The notes below the pieces were generated by a model. It was not told the DNA's origin, did no database searches, and was given only the letters and a program-made list of their open reading frames with translations. A program made the translations under genes and the position numbers. From an uncultured delta proteobacterium (GTDB lineage Bacteria > Myxococcota > Myxococcia > Myxococcales > Myxococcaceae), in NCBI GenBank assembly GCA_963771175.1, contig CAVYSY010000011.1, positions 64,001-128,000 of the forward strand: DNA of 64,000 nt. Reading direction: 5' to 3'. This document shows positions 1-9,681 of this stretch, in pieces; the first letter of the stretch is position 1; the number at the start of each line of letters is the position of its first letter.

Positions 1-1
1 C

Positions 2-1078
2 CTACCGTGGATCATCGATGTGCTCGACGGCGTACACGATGTTGTCCGCGAAGGACATGGCGGGGGCCTTCACCCACGTGCCGGTGGCGGCATCGCCGAT
101 GAGCAGGGTGGAGCTGTGGGAGTCGGGCACGTCCGTGTAGCCGCCGAGCTTCTTGAGGACGAGGGTGATGTTCTCTCGGGCCCCGGTGAGGAAGTACCAG
201 CCGGGCCCGACGCCGAACTTCTTCGCGAAACGGGCCATCGTCTCCGGGGTGTCGTTGGCGGGGTCCACGGAGAGCGTAATCATCGTGATGTCCTTGCCCA
301 CGCGGCCGCCGAGCTTCTTCTGGACCTCGGCGAGGTGCTTCGTCATGGGGGAGCACACGCCCTTGCAGGCGGTGAAGGCGAAGTTGATGAGGACCTTCCG
401 GCCACGGATGAGGTCCTCGTAGAAGCGGTGCGTCTTGCCGTGCTGGTCGACGAGCTCGGTGTTGGTGAAGTAGCGGGCGGCGGCGGCGTCCTGGGCGGCG
501 GGGGAGGAGACGTCCAGCTCGGCGGGAGGGGCGGTGGCGGCGCGTACCTCGCGGATGGCCTCGACAATGGAGGAGGCCGAGCCCAGTCCATCCACGCGCA
601 GCCACTTGTCCGCGGTGGCGTTGCCGACGAGGACGAGGGGGCGGTGGGCCTCCTTGTCCGGGGTGTAGCCGCCGAGCGCCACCAGGGCCTGCTTCACCTG
701 GTCCGGCTGGCCGGTGAGGAAGGACCAGCCGGGAGTGGGGTAGAAGGGCTCGGCGAAGCGGGCGAGGCGCTCGGGGGTGTCATTGGCGACGTCCAGGGTG
801 ATGGAGATGAAGCGCACGGGGGTGCCGGGCCCCAGCTCCTTCTGCACGCGCGCCAGGGTGGCGGTCATGGGCGAGCAGATCGTCTTGCACCGGGTGAAGA
901 TGAAGTTGATGGCCACCACCTGGCCGCGGACGAGGTCGGACCACAGGCGGACCTGGCGTCCGTTCTGATCCACCAGGGGGACGTCGGGCACCTGGACGCG
1001 GAGCTCCTCGGCGGACGCGGAGAGCGGCAGGGCGAGGAGGAGCAGCAGGGCGAGGGCTCGTGAGCACGGGTTCATCAT
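2..1078 (-). CDS. Tandem two-domain SCO (Sco1/SenC) copper chaperone, exported
   Basis: Signal peptide, then two thioredoxin-like SCO repeats, each with CxxxC (FTRCKTICSP, FTACKGVCSP), ITLD/LSVDPANDTPE, W.FLTG and a distal His. Start overlaps the upstream gene stop (ATGA). Confidence 0.9.
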   Translation of the reverse strand: MMNPCSRALALLLLLALPLSASAEELRVQVPDVPLVDQNGRQVRLWSDLVRGQVVAINFIFTRCKTICSPMTATLARVQKELGPGTPVRFISITLDVANDTPERLARFAEPFYPTPGWSFLTGQPDQVKQALVALGGYTPDKEAHRPLVLVGNATADKWLRVDGLGSASSIVEAIREVRAATAPPAELDVSSPAAQDAAAARYFTNTELVDQHGKTHRFYEDLIRGRKVLINFAFTACKGVCSPMTKHLAEVQKKLGGRVGKDITMITLSVDPANDTPETMARFAKKFGVGPGWYFLTGARENITLVLKKLGGYTDVPDSHSSTLLIGDAATGTWVKAPAMSFADNIVYAVEHIDDPR

Positions 1079-3067
1079 CGGGTGGCCTCGGAAGGGGAGG
1101 AGGCGGCCAGCGCGGGCTGGACGCCGAGGGTGAAGTGGGGAAGCTCGCCGAGCGCCGCGCCGCGGCCCTCCACGCCCACGAGGAGTTGGTACTGGCCGGG
1201 CTCGGGTGGGGAGACCTCAATCTCGAAGAGCCCGTCCTCCACGAGTCGGGGCGTGGGGCGCTGCAACCAGTGGCCCGAGGGCGGGCGGAACATCAGCACC
1301 TGCACCTCCTCGGGTCGCACCGGGCTCGGGTCCGCCACGTGCGCGGCGGGCGCCAGCTTGAAGCGCAGCGTGACCGGGGTGCCGGCGGTGAGGGGCTTGG
1401 AGGGGTCGAACTCGGGGGTGAGGGTGAGGGGCAGCTTGCGGAAGGCGGAGGCGTCCTCGGGCACTCCCGCGCACGTCCCACTCCAGGCACGCCACGGCGC
1501 GTGGGTTGTCCAGGAGGAAGAACACGTCGTGGAGGCCGTTCTCTCGCACCACCGTCTCGGTGGTGAAGACACCGGGCTCCACCTCGCGCAGCGAGCGATC
1601 CAACACCAGCACGGCCTTGGGCTCGCGGCCATAGTTCAGGTGGGTGCCGCGCGGCGCCATCATGCCCTCGCTATAAAGGAAGAGGGCGCGATCCGCGGTG
1701 CCGGCGACGATGACGCTGTTGCCCTCGGGCATCACCGCGATGGGGGCCGAGCGGCCCAGATCCTTCGCCAGGGAGGGCCGCTTCTGGCCCATGGTCACCT
1801 GGACGATGGAGGGCTTGCCGGCCTTCTCCAGCGAGGCCAGCTCGATGAGCGAGACGCGGGCGTCCTCCGTGTTGCGCACGTAGGCGAAGCCGCTGGTGAA
1901 GACGATGGAATCCGGCGCGGAGAAGCCGGTGAGGGTGTGGGCCACCTGACTGGAGGCGGCGTCGAGCACGTCCACGCGGTTGGCGCGCGGGTAGACGACG
2001 AAGGCCCAGCGGCCGGAGTCGTCGAAGCGCAGCTCGCCGGGAGCGGGGGCCAGGGGGATGCGGCGGGTCACCTCGCGGCGAGCGGCGTCCACCACCAGCG
2101 CCTCGCCGGTACGCTCCTGCACGGCGTAGAGGGCCCGGGCCACCTCGCTGTAGGCGATGGCGCCCACCCCGTTGCCCACCTCCACGCGGCCGAGCTCCTC
2201 GAGCGTGGCCGTGTCCACCGCCACCAGCTCTTCGCCCTCGGTGCTGGAGACCCACGCGGTCCGTCCCCCGTCACCGAAGGCGAAGGCGTGCCTGCCTTCG
2301 CCCAGCTCGAGCGTGCGCAGCACCGCGTACGTGCCGGTGTCGATGATGGAGACGGTGCCGTCTCCCTCGTTGTCCACCCAGACGGTGCGCCCGTCCGGAC
2401 TGACGGCCAGTCGTCCCGGGTCCTTTCCCACGCGCACGTTGCGCACCACCACGAAGCGGCGCAGGTCCACCACCGACACCGTGCCGTGCACGGGGATGGA
2501 GACGAAGAGCGCCTTCATGTCCGGCGGCAGCGCCCAGTCCGCGGGCGCGCCTCCCAGCGACACCAGGTTCTGCAGCTTGGTGCGGTTCAGGGCGATCTGC
2601 GGATCAATCACCGACAACGTGTGGTCGCCGTTGAGGGTGAGGAGGAAATAGGAGTTGAGGTTCGCATCGGCCCGGGCCGACAGCAGGCCGCCCAGGTACG
2701 TCTGGATGCGCTCCTTGCAGGCAGCCTCGTCCGGCGCGGGCTGGCCTTCCGCCCGCCGGGTGAGCCACGCGAGGGGACGGACGCCACGCATCGGCTCGCC
2801 GGTGCGGGGATCCTTCAGTGTGAAGCGCGCGGTCCCCTCCAGCGGAGAGCCGCGGGCGGCATCCGGTGTGCGGGCGCGCAACGACAGGTCGAAGCTCACG
2901 GCCGCCTCCGGACGGGTCACCGTCACGGACGGTTGCGCGGGCAGGGCCACGGGCTCGGGAGGTGGGGCGGAGGGGAGCGGCCGGGGGCCCCTGGCCCACA
3001 ACGCTCCCACGGTGGCGAGGAGCCCCGCGAGCACGACGCCCGAGACGAGGAGGATGCGCTTTCTCAT
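1075..3067 (-). CDS. YncE/cytochrome d1-like (YVTN) beta-propeller protein with C-terminal YtkA/FixH-like domain; one frameshift near 1470
   Basis: N-terminal TM/signal, repeated GTVSVVD/GTVSIID/LAVSPDG blades (ORF 1217-3067). The C-terminus continues in ORF 1075-1632 (GLFEIEVSPPEPGQYQLLVGV). Confidence 0.75.
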
Positions 3068-3092
3068 GAGGAGGATGGATTCCGTAACGGGA

Positions 3093-3130
3093 GAGGGCGG
3101 CGCGGGCGGTGAGGGGCCCGCGCCGCCCTC
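3093..3130. repeat. Perfect 15-bp inverted repeat (intercistronic hairpin)
   Basis: GAGGGCGGCGCGGGC (3093-3107) and GCCCGCGCCGCCCTC (3116-3130), between the oxidase stop and the propeller start; no U-tract. Confidence 0.75.
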
Positions 3131-3142
3131 GAGTTGAAGAGA

Positions 3143-6100
3143 CTACTCCACGCGCAGCACGCCCCAGAGGCCGCCGCCGCTCCACTGGAAGCTGGTCAGG
3201 TCGCGGTAGAGGTAGTCACCCGGGGCCCTGGCGAGGCCGCCTGCCCCGTACTCGGGGACGAAGTTCCAGGACTGCATGACGGACATGCCGCCCTGGGTGG
3301 CGATGACGAACGAGCCGGGGTTGGGGCCCATGCGCTGGGAGTTGGTGCCCGCGGCCCACGGGTTGGCGTACCACTCGGCCCCGTGGAGCGCGAAGGCGTG
3401 CTGGCGCCCGTGGCCCGAGGGCTGGCCCACGCGCACCCGGAGCGCCTCGCCCGCTTTCGCGGTGAACAGGGGCGTGGCCGGCTCCCCGTACATCGTGGAG
3501 CTGAGGATGTCGCCCAGCTCCATGTCGTTGATGTCCTCGGGAGCCGTCTGCGGGGGCACGCCCAGGCGGGCCCAGAGGGGCTCGGTGCGGTAGTTGAACC
3601 CCTTCAGGCCGGTGTCCTGGGAGTCATCCACGCCCTTGATGTTGCGCAGGGCGGTGCCGCTGTTGAGCCCATCCGTGTCCCAGAACCGCGAGTTGTCCGA
3701 GTGCAGTCCGAGGTCATCCTGGAGGAGCAGGACGAGCTCCCGGAACGTCTGCGTCTGCTTGGCCACGTCCGTGTACTGCACGCGGGCCTGCGCCTCGGTG
3801 CCCGGGTCCGTGCTCCAGATGGCGTCGGGCGGCTCGATGATGAGCGCGCCGATGCCGCCGTGCATGCCGTGGTTCACCACGTCCGCCATGTTGCGCAGGT
3901 TGACGATGCCGAACTCCACCGGCGTGGCGATGCCGCGGCGGAGCGGCGACGACCAGACGGAGCTGCGGAAGTCACCCGTGTACCAGCGGTAGACGCGCCT
4001 GCCTCCAGGTGACACCGTCTGCGGAGCGTTGAGGCCCACGTTGGCGCCGTCGTCCGTGTTCACGTCGTAGTGGACGAGCTGCGGGTGCAGCGAGACGTGG
4101 TTGGAGGGCGTCACCTGGTTGACGTTGAAGTACGGGGTGATGGCCGAGTGGTGGGCCCACTGCGGCGTCTTCGAGAGCTTGAGGGGCAGGCGGTTGGTGA
4201 GCACCACCTGGACGCACTCGCCGGCACGGGCCCGGAGGATGAGCGGCTCGGGCTTGCGCGCTCCGCTCTTGATGTCCGCCAGGTGCTCGTCCTTCACGAA
4301 GAGGATGGCATCCGGGTCGTAGATGTCATGCGTGTCGTTGTAGACGAGCCGGCCTCCCGGCAGCCAGTTGGCCGCGTCGATGGCGGACACCCGGTAGTAG
4401 GCGCACCACGCTGCCGCGCGGGCACGAGTCCACGTACGCGGGCTTGATGCCGAACCACCCCAGCTTCTCCGCCTCCTCGACCAGATGTCGGGTCGAGCTG
4501 GCGCATCTGCTCGGGGTACGTCATGGCGTACTCCAGCGTGCGCTGCTCGAGCTGGCTCGCCCTTCTCGTCCACCTCGAACGAGGGCTGGAGCGTCTCCTC
4601 CTTGAGCGGATCCAGCTTCACGAGCACGGACTCCTCCGGCATCTCCAGCAGGGGGAGCGGCTCCCAGGCGCGCAGCTTCTCCTTGTAGGAGAGGGCGGCG
4701 GGGTCCAGCGTGACGAAGTCCGCCGCTTGCAGCGCCAGGTGGCCCAGCGTCTTCAGGTTGGTCTGACGCTTCTTGTACGTGCGCATCAGGCCCCACATGC
4801 CGTTCCACAGGTCGCCGCTGACGGCGCTCTGGTACATGAAGTCGGCCGTCCCGTACGCGCCGCCGATGGGGGGCAGACCGTTGGTCAGGTTGAACTCGAA
4901 GTGCTCGGAGATGCCGATGGCCTGCGCGTTGAAGTAGCCGCTGTGCGGATCGGCCCCCTCGCGCAGCCACTTGTGCCCGTGCATGGTGAAGGAGTGCTGC
5001 TCCTCCTGCGAGCCCTGGATGAGGCGGATCTTCACCTTGTCACCCTCGTAGCCGCGCAGCAGCGGGGTGTACGGGATCTCCGTGAATGTCCGAGCGGAAG
5101 ACGTTGGCCATGTTGCCGCGCGAGCCCGTGCGTTGCTCGTAGTTGGCGCAGCGCGAGGGCCGCTGGCCGATGCGCAGCGGGATCGGGCTCGTTGCGGTAG
5201 TTGACCATCATGGCGCCGGGGTCCGCGGCGCTGATGGCCTCGGGCATGGGCACCGTCCTGAACTCCACCGCCCAGGGGAGCGCGGTCTCCTTGTAGTTGG
5301 GCGGGTTCACCGGCTGGCCACACTCGTCGTAGGCGATGGCGTAGTCACGCGAAGGCGAGCGCGAACTCGCGGAAGCTGTTGGCGGGATCCTGTGGTGAGG
5401 ATGTCCGCCCGCCAGCTCGTGGGGCCGCCGTCGCTCAGTCGAGTGCCGTAGACGACGCCCGTCTGCGGATCCCTCCACTGCGAGCCCTTGGGCTCCACGA
5501 TGAGGCCACCGTAGAAGCCGTGCTGCTGGTGGCTGGAGGGGCCGAAGTGATCGTGCGTGAAGACGGTCTCCACGGGGCGCTGCTTGCCCGAGGCGTCCTC
5601 GAGCGGGTCCGCCCACCAGCGCTGGGTGGTGGTCTGCGCGCCCAGCGCGCCCAGGCGTGAGTGCATCTTCGCCGTCAGTTGCGTTCGCGCCCCACCGGGC
5701 TCCACCGTGCCGTCGGCCACATAGGCGCCGCCCGCGACGTTGATCGGTCGATGCGGTGCATCACGTCCTGGAGGCGAAGGTGCCGTCCTCGTAGTTCCAC
5801 CCGTTGCCCGCGCCGTCCGACGGCCGTCACGTCGAACTTCACCAGGTGGATGTGCTGACCGATGGTGTCCGTGGGCGTGTAGATCTGGAAGTCGTCCGCC
5901 TCCAGGTGACTGGGGATGAGGTTGGTGGGGTAGAAGTTGATGCACTCGCCGGACTCGGCCCGGAAGAAGAAGGGCTCCGGCGGTCGGGCACCGCTCTGGG
6001 TGGCGGCTACGTCGCCGTTGAGCACCATGAGGCGCGCCTGCCGGTCGTGCCAGCCGGCCCGGTTGATGTTCTGCAGGTCGATCTGCAGGTAGGCGGCGCG

Positions 6101-8470
6101 GTAGTCACGCCGGGGGGCGGACTCGGGCAGGGGTCCGCGAAGGGTGCTCCCGGCACCGGCTTGCGACCGTTGACGTAGAAGGACCCCGACGCGCCCGGGC
6201 CGTGTAGCCCGGGTAGGCCGCCACGATGTCGCTCGTGTAGAAGGGCCGTGGTCCGAAGCTGGCGCCGGGGAACTCTCCCGCGTGGAAGGACATGGCGTTC
6301 TTCTCCGTGGGCGTGCCGTCCTGGGGGAGCAGCTTCACGTCCAGCGCGTGGTGCTCCACGGCGAAGCGCTTGCCGGGCTGTCCGTACGTGGAGGGGCCGA
6401 TGGCACTGGTGACGATGTGACGCGGCAGTCCGCCGTCCTCCTCGAGGTCCAACGGAGGCTGGGGCGGACGGTGGCCCGCCTTGCCCGCGACGTAGAAGGG
6501 GAAGCCCGGGAAGGCGGGCCGCAGCACCTTGTTGCCGGCCCCGTCCGTCACGTACGTGTCCGCGTAGGAGGGCATGGGCGGCATGGCCCGGTCCGGAATG
6601 GGGAGCACGGCGGGGTTGGGCGTGCCGCCGGCGATCTCCGCGTCCGGCAGGAGGCGATCCTTCGTGCCGGCCTCGAAGACGTCATGCACGCGCCACAGCG
6701 CCCACATGCCCTGGGCGAAGTGCGGGTAGAGGTGGCAGTGGTGGATGGAGTCGCCCGGGGTGAGGTTGCGGTTGCCGGAGCCTCCGAAGTTGATGTCGTA
6801 GGTGAAGGCCGAGCCCGGGCCGATCGTCTGCGAGTCCAGGTAGTTGGAGTTGTCCTCGCTCGGGGAGAACTTCCACTGGTGGGCGTGGAGGTGGAAGACG
6901 TGCGTCTCGGCTTCGGACCCGCGTGGATGTTGCGGATGCGGACCGGATCCCCCAGGTAGCTGTGGTGCACGTTGGATGGATCATCCGGGTAGAGCGCGCG
7001 CACGGCCTTGCCCGACCAGTCCTTCTCCACGTTGAGGGCGGGGTCTCCATTGGCCCAGGACTCGAGGAAGAACTCCTCGTACATGCAGTCCGCGCAGTCC
7101 TTGGTGGGGCCGATCTTCGCCCGGTTGGCGAGCAGCTCCGCGCCCACGCCGGCCACGCCGTAGTTCACTCCGAAGCCGTCTCGCACTCCGTGGAAGGTGG
7201 GGTTCCACTCCAGCTCGTCGAAGGCTTGAACCGCCTTGATCTGATCATGGTAGATGGCGGTGATCTCCCGGAAGTGACCCTGGTCCTTCGAGGTGAAGGT
7301 GCCCACGCTGGTGCGGGAGTAGCCGGTGATGACGGCCTCCAGGTCCCCGTGCCAGATCTCGTTGCTCTTCGTGTCGAGGATGTTCAGCAGGGGCCGGCCG
7401 TTGGCGTCCCGGGTCTCGTAGTCGATGAGCGGGGTGCCATCCGGATTGTACAGGCGGGTGCCCTGGGCATCCCTCAGGGTGGCGGCCTTCAACACCGAGG
7501 CGGAGACCTTGGAGCGGTACCAGCTCGAGCCCTCGGGCTCCACGTTGACGGCGCCGAAGAGGCCCTGGGCGGTGGAGCCGCCATCGCCCTGGCCACCGAA
7601 GGATGCGCCCATGCTGTACATGAAGAAGGCGCCTTCATGGTCCGCATAGAAGGTGTACGTGTGGCTGTCACCGGGCTTGACGAGCGAGCTGGGGTTCTTG
7701 CCCACGTAGGCGCCGTCATCCGAGATGCTCACGTACTGCAGGCCCTGCACATGCACCGAGGCCCGGCGGGTATAGGGCGAGTCGTCCTTGTGGGTGGAGT
7801 CGAACTCCTTCTCCTGCCCCTCGAAGAACCAGAGCCCTCCCATCGCCTTGCCCTCCAGCATCGAGGCCACCGGGTTCCACGAGGCGGTGAGCAGCCAGGT
7901 GGGCAGCACCTTGCGCAGCACCGAGAACCCCGAGGAGGGATCATTCACCTGATCGACGGTGGGCTGGGACTCGTGCGGGCTGGGGATGTTCGCGCGCGTG
8001 GGTGCCAGCCAGTTGGTGAAGTGGATCTGCAGGCAGTCACCCACGTTGGCGCGCAGTGCGAGCGGGCGCGGGCGCTTGTCCAACCGGAGCCTCGCGTTGC
8101 CCGGACCGGCGGGCTTCGAGGCGTCGATGGGCTCCACGTCCCGCTGCAGGGCGTAGATCATCCCCGTGGGGTTGTACGAGCCGTACCGGTTGTAGGTGTA
8201 CACCTGATCCATCGCCACCACGTTGGCGGTGATGGTGCGCTTGCACTCCACCGCCATGCCGGCCTGGATGGATGGCTCCACCAGGGGCATCTCCTGGGAG
8301 GCCACCTTCTGGGCGCCCTGGGTGCCGCTCTGGGACTGCGTCCGTGCTTCGCCTCCGGGGTTGTTGCCTCCGTTCTGGCAGGCCATCGCCGAGGCGAGCA
8401 CCGCCGTCAGCACCATCCGGGACGGGCCTCCCGATGGTCTCGCTCTCTCCTGTCTTGCTCGTACTGACAC
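3143..8470 (-). CDS. Very large (~1,770 aa) MnxG-type multicopper oxidase lipoprotein, broken by several frameshifts
   Basis: GTG start with GGAG RBS and lipobox-like LASAMAC. Copper motifs across frames: ETHVFHLHAHQW, IHHCHLYPHFAQGMW (type-1 Cu), GQHIHLVKFD, FTHDHFGPSSHQQHGFY, QHSFTMHGHKW, HVSLHPQ, QHAFALHG. Confidence 0.85.
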
Positions 8471-8500
8471 GGTTCCCTCACTCCATGGACTGGATGTCTG

Positions 8501-8545
8501 TCATTCCTGAGAGGATTTTCAGGCTGAGAAACCTCTCAGGAATGA
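8501..8545. promoter_or_regulatory. Inverted repeat / tandem CTGAGA-N4-T(T/C)TCAG palindromes upstream of the multicopper oxidase
   Basis: TCATTCCTGAGAGG (8501-8514) pairs perfectly with CCTCTCAGGAATGA (8532-8545). Internal palindromes at 8507-8522 and 8524-8539. Confidence 0.5.
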
Positions 8546-8729
8546 GTCCTTCTCGAGAACGCACGCCCAGGGCTTTCCCTGAATGAGCCTGCTTTCTGGA
8601 ATCCAATAGGAGGCAGGCGAGTGTAAAAGTAAACTCACTTCGTAACCTCGCGAACTCACGAGGGGAATCCTCGGAGGCGGGGCCGTGTCTGAGAATTCTC
8701 TGAGGATTCGGGGGGCTGGGGACGCGTGG

Positions 8730-9555
8730 CTACGGCCTGGGCCCGGGCAATATCTCCCGCAGGCAGCTTCGAGATGTCCCCGCGCCAACTCCACTGCTTC
8801 GGGTAGCCGAGCGACACCTCCTCGAAGCGCACCCCGTCGCGCCACAGCGTGGCGGGCATGTGCAGGTGGCCGGAGACGACGACCTCGGCCCGGAAGCGCA
8901 GGTGCCAGTCCTCCGTCTTCTTCGTGCCGCACCAGATGGAGAAGCGGGGGATGCGCGGCAGGCGCACGTGCTCGTAGCGCAGCGGGAAGTGGTTGATGAG
9001 GATGGTGGAGCAGTCCGTCGGCAGGGCCTCCAGGCGAGCGAGCGTCTGCTCCACCCGCGCGGCGCACCAGGCGGCCCGGGTCGGGTAGGGGTCCGGATGG
9101 AGCACGGCCTCGTCGGTGCACAGCACGTGCGTCTCCAGGGCCCAGTCGAGGGCGTCCTGCTCGGCGACGTGGTCCGGGCGGAAGGAGTAGTCGTAGAGCA
9201 GGAAGAGGGGCACCAGCACCCGGTGCGGGCCCTCGCCCGGCCAGCGCGGATAGGGGTCCTCCGGGGTGAGCACGCCGTAGGAGCGACACTGGGCGACGAC
9301 CTGCTGGTAGAGGGCCTCGCCGCGCGGGGCGGACTTCTCACGCGTCAGCGTCCACAGCTCGTGGTTGCCGGGTACCCACACCACCTGACGGAAGCGCGTC
9401 GTCAGCGTGCGCCACGCGAAGTCCAGGTCCTCCCGCGTCTCGCCCACGTCCCCCGCCACGATGAGCCAGTCCTCGGGGTGAGGGGCGAGCGACTCGAGCG
9501 CCCGTCGGTTGTGCTCGTAGCGCAGGTGAAGGTCACTGAGGGCGTAGAGCTTCAT
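8730..9555 (-). CDS. Calcineurin-like metallophosphoesterase, PptH (phosphopantetheinyl hydrolase)-like; probable frameshift near 8765
   Basis: SDLH, AGDV, PGNHELW, NHFP and GHLH motifs plus LLYDYSF, WCGT..T.DWH and GVRFEEVSLGYP. The alternative frame ends LREILPGPRP* at 8730. Confidence 0.85.
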
Positions 9556-9681
9556 GGTGGGGTGGGGGCGAGAACCGTCCACACTACTGGACTCCTGGGC
9601 CGCTCCGCCGTTTCTCGGGACCGCGCTTTCCCTCCGAGCGCCGTCAGGGCACCATGGGGGAACATCGGTTCAGTCGTCCGT

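Noticed and set aside
8860..9681. N-terminal extension of the 1346-aa helicase ORF
   Set aside because: It is the antisense shadow of the metallophosphoesterase; the plausible start is ATG 9682.
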